64,000 bases of DNA. It comes from Vitrella brassicaformis CCMP3155 (lineage: Eukaryota; Protista; Chromerida). This document shows, piece by piece, positions 37,853-48,579 of this stretch; the first letter of the stretch is position 1; the number at the start of each line of letters is the position of its first letter. Made by a program: the position numbers and the translations under genes. The stretch spans positions 197,553-261,552 of the forward strand of contig CDMY01000802.1 in the NCBI GenBank assembly GCA_001179505.1, written 5' to 3'. The notes under the pieces were generated by a model. The model saw only the letters and a list, made by a program, of their open reading frames with translations. It was not told the origin of the DNA and searched no databases.

Positions 37853-38728
37853 ATGTCGGCGCCCTTTTGCCCGACTCCTCGGCCGCCATCGCTCGGCACG
37901 CTGCCGCGTCCGTGTCGTTTGGCCCATCTCGCCCGTCGTGTCGTGGACTTCGGGCCGTGCAAGCGGTTCTGTCAGACGTCCGCCCTAGTGACCGGTGAAG
38001 GACACCGGCTTATGTTGAATACTCTCGATCTGCTACACGAGGTATGCCTGTGCGTGTCGTGTTGTCGGTCCGTCAAGTGTGTCTCGTGGTTGTCTCAGAG
38101 CGGGTACTCGATGAGTGATATCGTCTATATCTTGGCGCAAGCCGCCTGCCAGCTTGACGAGTGTTTCAGACTCTTCCGTCCCGGCGGTCAGCGAGAGCGT
38201 ATGCTGGCTTGTCTTGTGCATACCTTTCTTGCACATTGCTTGCTTGAAGACGAGACTCTCTCGCTTTCGACCTGGTATACCCGTCTGGTAAGTATGGCCC
38301 CGTCTGGCGCGTATGGCTGTAATCGCTGGGCTACACAGCTTGAATCGCTGCTTCACTGTACTGTGTATTTCAGGCAACTTCCTACTGCTCATTGTCTACT
38401 TTCGAGAAGTCTTCCTTCCGCCTGTTAACGCTTCAGAGCTGTCGTCTGTATGTGGCCGATGAGATCGTATTGGCACGGGCCGCGTACTTTCGATGTAATT
38501 CCTCCTGGCACGACCCGTCCCTCATTGTTGTTCTTTCGTATTTCCCTTATGCAGTCGACAGGCGGGCAAGGCCGCCGGAGGCTGACGGGGATGATGACCT
38601 TATGAGCACGGGTCTAACGGTAAGATTCCACCCTTCGTGCGGAGACACGTTAGTTAGACAAGCCTGTCATTCAGGTGTCTGTGATTGGTCCCTTCGGTCG
38701 AAGCCTGCCGCTCTTCAGCGATGCGTAA
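37853..38728 (+). CDS. Intact five-exon gene inside the element; resembles an alveolate cyclin-fold-like hypothetical family
   Basis: GT-AG introns at 38042-38098, 38288-38373, 38495-38554 and 38620-38674 give a continuous ORF: MSAPF...LNTLDLLHE|SGYSMSDIVYILAQA...HTFLAHCLLEDETLSLSTWYTRL|ATSYCSLSTFEKSSFRLLTLQSCRLYV...LPLFSDA*. The family call is from recalled similarity. Confidence 0.7.
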
Positions 38729-40314
38729 AGGGGCTGCTATTTTGGTGTCGCGCTTGGCGGCAAAAAGAGCGTCCGTGGGTAGAGGGAGGTGACCTGCATA
38801 GATTGACGGTAACCGGGTGCAACAGCGACTGATACGAAGTGTGCGTGTAATGTGAGAGTATCCCTTAAGTGCATGTTCGCTCATTGTCATCTCGGCCTAT
38901 CCCGCATACGGCGCAATGTACTGTAATGTACTGTTACGTCGTACCGGACCGGTCTCAATCCGGAGGGCAATGGTTATCCGGCGCAATCGACCTCCGAGAC
39001 AGATCTGTCCGTATAATTGGTGTTCAACGCACAGTATCATCGTATGTCGCGCGAGTAGGTGATTGAGTCAGGTACGCCTAATCAGCAAAGCCTTCGAGGC
39101 AAATGCGCCTGGTGACGTGACGCGTGAGTGACGTCCGTTGCTCTCTCTGTTCGATGTGTCTCATAGTATGCGTTCCGTGTCTCATTGTATTTGGCGTTTA
39201 GCCATAGGTGTCCCTTCTGGAAACCCATGTCACCTGCTGTGTTTGTCCCTTGGGTGACTTGCTGGGTGACGTCGCTTGGTGACTGAGACCTGTCATTTCG
39301 CTGACTGCCCTCAGTCGCATCGAAAGATAGCACGTGGGTATCCGCCAGCCGGTGAGCAAGTCCCTAAGTCTCGCCTACAGGTAAGCGATTCCTTCCCGCA
39401 GTCGTGCGGCACCGTCGAGTGGGTTAGTCTTACGCCATATACGCGCGTCATCGGTGAGCGCGTGGCGAGACATGCATCGTTGGCACGCAAGTCGTTGCGG
39501 CAAGTGTACCTTACCGATTACCCGGTGTGTGGATCGTCAAGTACATCGCGGGTAAAATTTGTCGCTTATTGCCATCTCGGCCCATCCCCGCACACGTCGT
39601 AATGTATGATAACGTCGTGTCGGATTGGCTACACTCCGAAGGGCAGTGGGTATCTCGTAAGCGTAACCTACACGAGGGAGATGTTTTAAGGGCAAGGGTC
39701 GCTCGTCGGCAAGGCCGTTCCCCTGCGCGAGATAAGCTTGTTGTCTGTCGGCGCCAATCACAATGGCGTGTCTTCTAGGTGGAGACTCAACGGTCGCGTG
39801 ACTTGGACTGCCAGTCATCGCGAGGGGACGCAGGCAGGTTGTTAAGCTTCGTGCAGTGGCGGTGTACGTAGACTGGAATGTGAGGGCAATCGGGTATGCC
39901 GGCGTCTAAGTCCCTCATTGGGAGTTTGCACTTGCCGACACGCGTGATTCGTCGACTAGCAGCTCTCGAGGGCAACAGTGCGTCACCGTGAGTGTCTGAG
40001 TGCTCGAGACAAATGAGACGGGCATGTCCTCCGTCGTCGAGGGTATGTCTTATCGCTGAGTGAGTTGTCAGGTCATGTACCACCGCAGGTGTACCGTGGT
40101 AAGGTGTTAAGAGACCCGTACTTTCTTATTGAGTGCTTCTCTGGTGTAAACCCTTTGAGTCCCCTTCACCTTCCCTTCGGTCGGGTGAGATTCCCGAAAT
40201 GGCCCAATGGTGTGTGGGAGCGCGAGAGGGATGTGCCCCTCGGCGAGTGAGAGCTCACAACTCCAGCGAGCAACGCGTGCCTCCCTCTGGATAGATATGG
40301 ACTCGCCTATGAGT

Positions 40315-41530
40315 GACCCTTGAGACAGACCCAAGGATGCGTTGTGCACGTTGTGCAGCCCGACGAGCTCCCTGTCATGCTTTGAGCCGCGACTGCCCGA
40401 TCGAGCGGTCACTCTCGTGTCGTGATGGCCCCACTCCCGCAATGCTACCTTTTCGTCACGTTTCGTCAAGTCTGAGCCTCGTCGACTAGTCAGTCTTGCG
40501 ATGACACCATACGTGTCGGATAGTGAATGTCACTATAACTTGAGCCGTGATGGCCGCTTCATCCGGTCCATGTCGTGATGCGTCAGGCCGACGGCCTCGT
40601 GGGTTGAATAGTGCACCCCGGCAATGTCTCCTGCGATAGCCCTATCGCCCGTCATCCTCGCAATGTCTCGGGCCGTAATGGCCTGCCTCATCGAATAGTC
40701 AACCCCGGCATTGTCTCAATATGCGATAACTCTATCGCCCGTCATCCCCGTAATGCTTCGGGCCGTGATGGCCCCACCGACCAGACTCCACGATGTCTCG
40801 GGCCGCAATGGCGCCGACTGGTGGGTTTCTCCGGCGCTTGCCGCCTATGGATGTTGTACGGCGTTTGACGCCGATTGATGATTATGTTCGGCGGTGCAGA
40901 CTGCGCCCCGTCGAACCGTCAATCCCCAAACGTCCCGGGCCGCCATGCCCTGGTCGAACACTCAATCCGCTATGCCTCGGGCCGCCATGGCCGAACGAAT
41001 CGTCAATCCCGCAATGCCCCGGGCCGCCATGACCTGACCGAACCGTCAATCCCGCAATGTCCCGGACCGCCCTGGGTGATTACGTACGGCGACACCGACT
41101 TCGCCCGTCGAACCGTCAATTCTACAATCATGCCCCGAGCCGTCATGGCCGGATCGAAGAATGAATCCCGCAATGTCCCGAGCCGCCATGCCCTGATGGA
41201 ACAATCAATCCGCCATGCCCCGGGCCGCCGCTGTGTGTGACCCTTAAGACAGACCCAAGGATGCGTTGCGCACGTCGTGGAGCCCAACGCGCTCCCTGCC
41301 CTGTTTTGGGTTGCGACGACTCGCTCGAGCGGTCGCTCTCATGCCGTGATGGCCCGACTCCCGCACTGCTATGGCCGCGTCAAGTCTGAGCCTCGTCGAC
41401 TAGAGTCTGAGCCTCGTCGACTAGTCAGTCTCGCGATGATACCACACTTTGTCGGATAGCGAGTGTCGCCATGACTTGAGTTGTGATGGCCGCTTTACAC
41501 GGTCCATCTCGTGATGTTTCAAGCCGACGG
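40315..41530 (+). repeat. Internal tandem duplication, offset about 925 bp
   Basis: tgaccctt(g/a)agacagacccaaggatgcgttg...gtcaagtctgagcctcgtcgactag occurs near 40315 and near 41240. Confidence 0.85.
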
Positions 41531-41539
41531 CCCCGTCGA

Positions 41540-42430
41540 ATAGGAAACCCCGGCAACGTCTCCCTATGCGATAGCCCTATCGCCCGTCCTCCTCGCAATG
41601 TCTCGGGCCGTCATGGCCTGCCTCATCGAATACTCCACCCAGGAAATGTCTCAATATGCGATAGCCCTATCGCCCGTCATCCTCACACTGTTTCGAGCCG
41701 TGACGGCCTGCCTCATCGAATAGTCCACCCCGGCAATGTCTCAGTATGCGATAGCCCTCTTGCCCGTCATCCTCGCAATGTCTCGGGCCGTGACGGCCTG
41801 CCTCATCGAATAGTCAACCCCGGCACTGTCTCAGTATGCGATAGCCCTATCGCCCGTCATTCTTGCAATGTCTCGGGCCGTCATGGCCTGCCTGATTGAG
41901 TGGTCCACCCCGGCAATGTCTCAGCATGCGATAGCCTTATCGCCCGTCATCCTTGCAATGTCTCGGGCCGTGATGGTCTGCCTAGTCGAATAGTCCACCC
42001 CGGCAATGTCTCAGTGTGCCATAGCCCTATTACCCGTCGTTCTCGCAATGTTTATTGATGGGCTGCGTCATCGAATAGTCAAAACCGGCACTGTCTCAGT
42101 ATGCGATAGCCCTATCGCCCGTCATTCTTGCAATGTCTCGGGCCGTGATGGCTTGCCTCATCGAATAGTCAACCCCGGCACTGTCTCAGTATGCGATAGC
42201 CCTATCGCCCGTCATTCTCGCAATGCCTCGGGCCGTCATGGCCTGCCTGATTAAGTGGTCAGCCCCGGCAATGTCTCAGCATGCGATAGCCTTATCGCCC
42301 GTCATCCTCGCAATGCCTCGGGCCGTGATGGCCTCACCGACTAGATTTCGCGATGTCTCGTGCCTCCATGGCCTGCCTCACCGAATAGTCAGCCCCGGCA
42401 ACGTCTCAGTATGCGATAGCCCTATCCCCC
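41540..42430 (+). repeat. 90-bp tandem repeat, about 10 units
   Basis: tgacggcctgcctcatcgaatag recurs at 41701 and 41791; unit cgaatagtccaccccggcaatgtctcagtatgcgatagccctatcgcccgtcatcctcgcaatgtctcgggccg... Confidence 0.9.
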
Positions 42431-43770
42431 GTCATCCTTGGATCGAGCAGTCAGTCCTGCAACGCCCCTGGCCGCCATGGCCTCCCCGAACAGTCAATCC
42501 CGCAATGCCCCTGGCCACGAAGGCCTCATCGAGCAGTCAGTCCTGCAACGCCCCTGGCCGCCATGGCCTCATCGAGCAGTCAGTCTGGCAATGCCCCTGG
42601 CCGCGAAGGCCTCATCAAGCAGTCAGTCTTGCAATGTCCCTGGCCGCCATGGCCTCCCCGAACAGTCAATCCCGCAATGCCCCTGGCCACGAAGGCCTCA
42701 TCGAGCAGTCAGTCCTGCAATGCCCCTGGCCGCCATGGCCTTCCCGAATAGTCAGTCCCGCAATGCCCCTGGCCGCGAAGGCCTCATCAAGCAGTCAGTC
42801 TTGCAAAGCCCCTGGCCGCCATGGCCTCCACGGACAGTCAGTCTCGCAACGCCCCTGGCCACGACGGCCTCATCGAGCAGTCAGTCCCGCAATTTTTGTG
42901 GCCGCCCTGGCCTCCCCGAACAGTCAGTCCCGCAATGCTCCTGGCCACGAAGGCCTCATCGAGCAGTCAGTCCGGCAATGCCCCTGGCCACGAAAGCCTC
43001 ACCGAGCAGTCAGTCCCGCAATGCCCCTGGCCGCGAAGGCCTCATCAAGCAGTCAGTCTTGCAATGCCCCTGGCCGCCATGGCCTCCTCGGACATTCAGT
43101 CCCGCAATGCCCCTAGCCGCGAAGGCCTCATTAAGCAGTCAGTCCGGCAATGCTCCTGGCCGCCATGGCCTCCCCGAATAGTCAGTCCCGCAATGCGCCT
43201 GGCCGCGAAGGCCTCATCGAGCAGTCAGTCCGGCAATGCCCCTGGCCGCCATGGCCTCCCCGGACATTCAGTCCCGCAATGCCCCTAGCCGCGAAGGCCT
43301 CATCGAGCAGTCAGTCCGGCAATGCCCCTGGCCGCCATGGCCTCCCCGAATAGTCAGTCCCGCAATGCTCCTGGCCGTGAAGGCCTCATCAAGCAGTCAG
43401 TCTTGCAATGCCCCTGGCCGCCATGGCCTCCCCGGACAGTCAGTCCCGCAATGCCCCTGGCCGCGAGGGCCTTACCCAGCAGTCAGTCCCGCAATGCCCC
43501 TAGCCGCGATGGCCTCATCGAGCAGTCAGTCCCGCAAAACCCCTAGCCGCGACGGCCTCCCCCAACAGTCAGTCCCGCAATGTCCCTGACCGCGATGGCC
43601 CTCATCGAGCAGTCAGTCTCGCAATGCCCCCGGCCGCGGTAGCCTCCCCCGGCCGCGGTAGCCTCCCCCAACAGTCAGTCTCGCCATGTCCCTGACCGCA
43701 ATGGCCTCCCCCAACAGTCAGTCCCGCAATGTCCCTGGCCGCGATGGCCTCCTCGAGCAAGTCAGTCTCG
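42430..43770 (+). repeat. 43-bp minisatellite with alternating variants (86-bp higher-order unit), about 30 units
   Basis: Unit starts at 43308, 43351 and 43394: cagtcagtcccgcaatgcccctggccgc followed by gaaggcctcatcgag or catggcctccccgaa. Confidence 0.9.
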
Positions 43771-43974
43771 CCACGCGCCGAGCCGCGATGGCTGGTGACC
43801 CCTGTGCGTGTCAGTGCGGTGACTAAGTTGGTGACCTGTGCGCCCGTCGGCGCGATGAATGTGTTGTTGTTTGCGGTTCGATTGTGGGTGCTTGTTGGGT
43901 TCATTGTTATGACAATGTCTGCCTCATGATGGTTGTGGAAGGCGCCGAGACATCGGCGGGGATCCCAAGTCGTT

Positions 43975-44460
43975 GAAGTCGGCGGATCCAGCAGCAGGGG
44001 CGTTGCAGTCGATGGATCCAGCAGCAGGGGCGTCGAAGTCGGGATTCAGCAGCAGGGGCGTCGAAGGCGGCGGATCCAGCAGCCGGGGCGTTGAGGTCGA
44101 TGGATCCAGCAGCCGGGGCGTCGAAGTCGGCGGGTCCAGCAGCAGGGGCGTTGAAGTCGACGGGTCCAGCAGGGGCGTTGAAGTCGGCGGATCCAGCAGC
44201 AGGGGCGTTGAGGTCGATGGATCCAGCAGCAGGGGCGTCGAAGTCGGCGGATCCAGCAGGAGGGGCGTTGAGGTCGATGGATCCAGCAGCAGGGGCGTCG
44301 AAGTCGGCGGATCCAGCAGGAGGGGCGTTGAAGTCGACGGGTCCAGCAGCAGGGGCGTTGAGGGCGACGGATCCAGCAGCCGGGGCGTTGAACTCGATGA
44401 ATCCAGCCATGGCGGCGTCGGACACGGCGGTTCCAGCCGCAGGGGCGTTGAAGTTGACCG
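43975..44460 (-). repeat. 30-bp tandem repeat (reads NAPAAGSIDF or PLLLDPSTST on the minus strand)
   Basis: ggatccagcagcaggggcgttgaagtcg(g/a) repeated about 15 times. Confidence 0.9.
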
Positions 44461-44877
44461 ACTCGCAGGGGGGGCGTCAGAGACGGCGGGTTCAGCAGCA
44501 GGGGCTGCGGTGAACAGTCCAGCCGCAGGGGGGGTTGAAATCGTTGGATACAGCAGCGATGGCGTCGATGCTGGCGGATCCGGCGGCAAGGACGTCGGGG
44601 ACGGAGGGTGCAGCGCCAGGGCCACCCAGGGGTGTCGGAGACGTCGGATCCAGCAGCAGTCTCTCGGCGGCTTTCTGAACCCCGCGACGAGGGAGCTCCG
44701 CGTAGCGGGAAGGGCAAGCGGGCGCCCTGAGGCTGGTTGGCGGTTGGCTTCTCCCTGGTGTGGCTCCTTTACGCCACCTCCCGTCGGTCTCGCCTCGCTT
44801 CGCTGAGACGCCCCCGGCGTCATGGGGCGCCTCCCCGGCCTCGGCGGACGAGTGCGGGTGTAAGTGGGTGCGAAGCA

Positions 44878-45020
44878 TGGGTGGGTGGGTGCGAAAAATC
44901 ACGGAGAGCGCTTGTCCTGCCAAGCGCACCTGCGAGCCGGAGACGGTGTGTGTCGATCGGTCGCTCCCGCCCGCGGCGCGTATGTACGCGATCGCTGCGC
45001 TACGCACGCGTACGCTACCA
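44878..45020 (-). repeat. Split direct repeat A1 (143 bp), 5' end of the element
   Basis: Identical to 37416-37558. Confidence 0.95.
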
Positions 45021-45192
45021 AAGGGGCTGGCTCCCCGATGAGGCTGCGCAGTGGCGTATACTGACCAGCGCTTCACAAGTCTCCAATAGTGGGGAGCCAA
45101 TCCGTCCCGTATTTGGAGTGGTTTCAGGCAGCACCCTATCCAAGGCCCCATCTCCACACTGACTCTAAAAGAACCAGATCTGACGATGGATA

Positions 45193-45239
45193 GAGAGCCA
45201 AACAGACAGGCAAGGCGATGAATGAATGAGTGATTACAG
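45193..45239 (+). repeat. 47-nt dispersed motif (46 of 47 identical to 63841-63887)
   Basis: gagagccaaacagacaggcaaggcgatgaatgaatga(g/a)tgattacag at both sites. Confidence 0.9.
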
Positions 45240-45677
45240 ACACGCACGTCTCCCTGTATCGTGTGTGCCTCCGTCAGGGGCAAGGCTCACGCTGGCGCCT
45301 TTCATCCGTGTGCGCGTATATAGAGACCAATCATTTGCATGGCTGGATGGTTCGGAACAGATTCTATCACGGTCTCACGAGTGGATGAGTGTACGACAAC
45401 ACAAGACACTGAATCAATCCATCCATCCATTGACTGACACCACACATCCACTGAATCAGCACAGGCAGGCAGGCAGGCAGGCAGGCATGCAGCAGGCCAC
45501 ACATCACAGACACTTGTCAGGTAGACCCGATTGACCTACCTACGCTGACACAGTACCGTACTAGAAATGCAATAGGCACACAATGGCCTCACAATCGAGA
45601 CAGAGAGGAAGACGAACGTGGATAAAAGTGCCGACGACAGACAGACAGACAGACAGACAGACAGAGATGCGCCCCAC

Positions 45678-45830
45678 TCAGTCACTGCTGCACACCACCT
45701 GCAGCACCTCGTTCTCGTCAGCCATAAACTCATATGACCCACTCAGTTCTGTCTCCCCCGTGCAGCCCTCAGGCACATCGTTGCTGTCGGTGGCTTGAAG
45801 GCAGCTACAGATGTCGGCATCACGCCCAGT
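45678..45830 (-). pseudogene. Orphan TLDc C-terminal fragment
   Basis: ADICSCLQATDSNDVPEGCTGETELSGSYEFMADENEVLQVV matches the TLDc C-terminus. Confidence 0.65.
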
Positions 45831-45856
45831 ACACGCCAGGTCGTGAATTGACTCAA

Positions 45857-46816
45857 TTAAAATGCGGCAAAAACTACCGCGGTCAGCCCCACGAGCACCG
45901 CAATGGCAATCTGCGTGCGGCTGGCGCTTGCACGCAGCACCTCAATCTCGTCACCCATGAACTCCAGCGACCCGCCAAACAGAGCATCGCCATCCTCATC
46001 CCTCTCTCCAATGTAGCCCTCGGGCAGATCGTCGCTGACGATGGCCTCGTGGTAGCAGCTGCGGATGTCGGCAGCAGGCTGGTGACTGCCGCCGCTGCCA
46101 CCCCAGCCCAAATGCAGCGCCGCACCGATATTCACATTCTCACAGCACACATCTGCCCCCCTCACCGCCACAGTCACAAACGTCTCATTTGAGTCGAGGT
46201 CCATCTTGGTCGGTGTGGGGAAGTGGCCCGCCAACGAGAACCGCCACACATCACACATGTAGTTGAGGGTGCCTGTCTTGTTTACATCGGTGAACTTTCG
46301 GGTGTGGTCGTCGGGCTGCAGCAGACCGCCACCGATATAATAGCCGAACACATACTCGTCCTTTTTGATCACCAACACCAGAGGCAGTGCGTTGCCCACT
46401 CGGTCCAGCAGGTTGCCATATTCAGTGCCGTGCACAGATGTCCTACACACATGCACACACACACACACACACAGACGGTGAAGGATCTTCCAGCCATTGT
46501 TGACATGGCATGATGTGTGTGTACCGGTAGAGGGAGATGAGTTCTGTGGTGTCATTGACCAGCAGGCCAAGCAGCGCATCATACTCCGACGCTGACAGCG
46601 ATGTGCCGTTCGGCAGGTCACTCTGCACACGACGCAGATGCACCTGAAACACACGAGTCAGTCAGTCAGTCACGCCACACCAAAACATTTATGTCTGTGA
46701 ATGAATGAATGAATGAATGGGTGACTGACTCGTGGATGTGCTCATACCTGTTGTGCCTCAGCAGACGTCCATGCCACAGAGAGAATCAACAGGTAAACCA
46801 CTGCCCGAATCGCCAT
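45857..46816 (-). CDS. Secreted TLDc-domain protein with hydrophobic C-terminus; paralog of the 35397-37015 gene
   Basis: MAIRAVVYLLILSVAWTSAEAQQ|VHLRRVQ...LYR|TSVHG...WRFSLAGHF...AADIRSC...FMGDEIEVL...IAIAVLVGLTAVVFAAF*. Upstream and downstream flanks are also homologous to the paralog. Confidence 0.87.
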
Positions 46817-47146
46817 GACCTGGAGCCAACAGAGTGTTCTTATTGAGTTCTGTCGATCAGCAAAGGCAGCCAGATGAACAAAGGTGAGCTCCAGAAGAAG
46901 ACACAGAGGAGAGGGAGACAGGGAAGGGGAGAGGAGGGGAGCTCTCTATCGGGGCCTGTTGATCGGAGCTGCCGCTTCCGAGATTTCTGTGTGCAACCTC
47001 ATCGGGGAGCCAGCCCCCTTCATTTGCCGCCTCTCATCTGTCGTCTCCTTTTCTCCCGGCACACGATCTGCAAGCTCAGCTGCTTCTGGGAGAGGGGACC
47101 CGATAAGCGTGAGTCTGTTCTGTGAGCTTGACATAAGGCAAGGCTG

Positions 47147-48541
47147 ATGATCCATCGCCCTTTGCTTCTCCACGTTAATGGTCTGTGGCTGTTGCTGCTG
47201 GTGCTGCTGTCATCGAGATCTGCATGTGCCCAGCAGCAGCAGCCCGATGACATCGACGGCTTTGTCAGTCAGCAGGCAGCATCGCTTGACCAGCTGGACC
47301 CCGGCTGCTGGGTGAGCCAACCACATGGAGCACACGCACAGACAGAGTAGCCGAGTTATGACGTTGCCTCTGTGTGCCTGCAGACGTGGAAGTCGACGTT
47401 GATGGGTGGGGTCGGGTGGGTGGGCCAGCATACCAACCGGGAACGGATACATTTGTGTGCCATCTGCATGTGTGCAGGCACTTATCTGGAGGGTTCCGAC
47501 CCCATATCGAAGCGATACGTGTGGCTGACTGACGGGTGCGCCAAGGCTTGCCAAGAGAACCAAGATTGCAAGGCATGGAGCTTCGACTGGTAAATCAGTA
47601 TGTCGCCATCCATCGACCCACCCCACTTTTCCCAACATTCATGTGTGTATGGTGGATGGATGGGTGTGGTGCAGGAAGGGTGAGTGTTTCCTTCTGTCCA
47701 ACGTGACTGCGGTGCGTCGGGCGGGCGACAGCGACGGGCGGGGCTTCGCGGCCATTGCTATGGGCAAGAAGGGCAGCTCAGACTGCCGCTCTCTCGACGA
47801 AAGACACCCATGCATCCAACACAACGTCAAAATACTCTGGTCAGCCGGCTGGGAGAGGGAGGGAGAGAGAGAAGATGCAGATGTGTGTGTGTCGCAGGTC
47901 TGACATCAGCTACAAGTACGCCGACGCCAATCTGACGGTGGATGAGTGTCAGCAGGCGTGCATCGACATGATCGAGTGCCGCTTCTTCACACACATCGCT
48001 CTGCCAGGCCAAACCAGACAGTGGTACACACGCACCCCACACACGCCATCCCACGCCAACCACCCACCCACGCACTCTCTCTCTCTCTCTCTCTCTCTCC
48101 ATCTCTCTCTGTCAGCTTTATGAAGAATGCGGGGGTTGACGACAACAAGGTATGCTCGGAGCACGCCACGAGCGGCTTCGTGTACGCCCGGGACTGCGGA
48201 GCGCCGAGTGAGCCTCTGGAGCCGGCGGACGGCGACGTGCAGAGGCTGACCAGCCAGGGGCTCTCACTCTCACTGGAGCTGCTGCAGTCGTCATACCCGC
48301 CGTATCCAGTGGCCGAAGGTGCGTGTGGGGATGTGGCCGAGCCACACAGATCTGCATCTTCTCGTGTGGGTGTGGGTGTGGGTGGGGTCCGACAGAGGCT
48401 TACGAGAAGGTCAATGTGTGTGGGTGCTACAAGGAGGCCACTAAGCCTTACTTTGAGCGGCTGGACGGCGGCTCAGACATGGGCATCGACCCAGACAAGC
48501 CGCCCGAATACGCGCCGGGGAGCGCCGAAGTGATACAGGTC

Positions 48542-48579
<38 letters not shown>

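Larger units (their letters stand above)
37232..45020 (-). mobile_element. Non-autonomous tyrosine-recombinase-type retrotransposon with split direct repeats (Ngaro/PAT/TOC1-like), about 7.8 kb
   Basis: On the minus strand: A1 (45020-44878), internal region, B1 (37726-37558), A2 (37558-37416), B2 (37400-37232). A copies (143 bp) and B copies (169 bp) are identical as far as I can read. No TSD. No RT or YR motifs recognised. Confidence 0.85.

Noticed and set aside
42223-43589. Long plus-strand ORFs (up to 297 aa) over the 43-bp array as genes
   Set aside because: They arise from a stop-poor repeat whose unit is not a multiple of three, and they cycle through the same three translations.
42430-43770. 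43-bp array as a CRISPR array
   Set aside because: Units are head-to-tail with no unique spacers, no cas genes are present, and the context is eukaryotic. It is a minisatellite.
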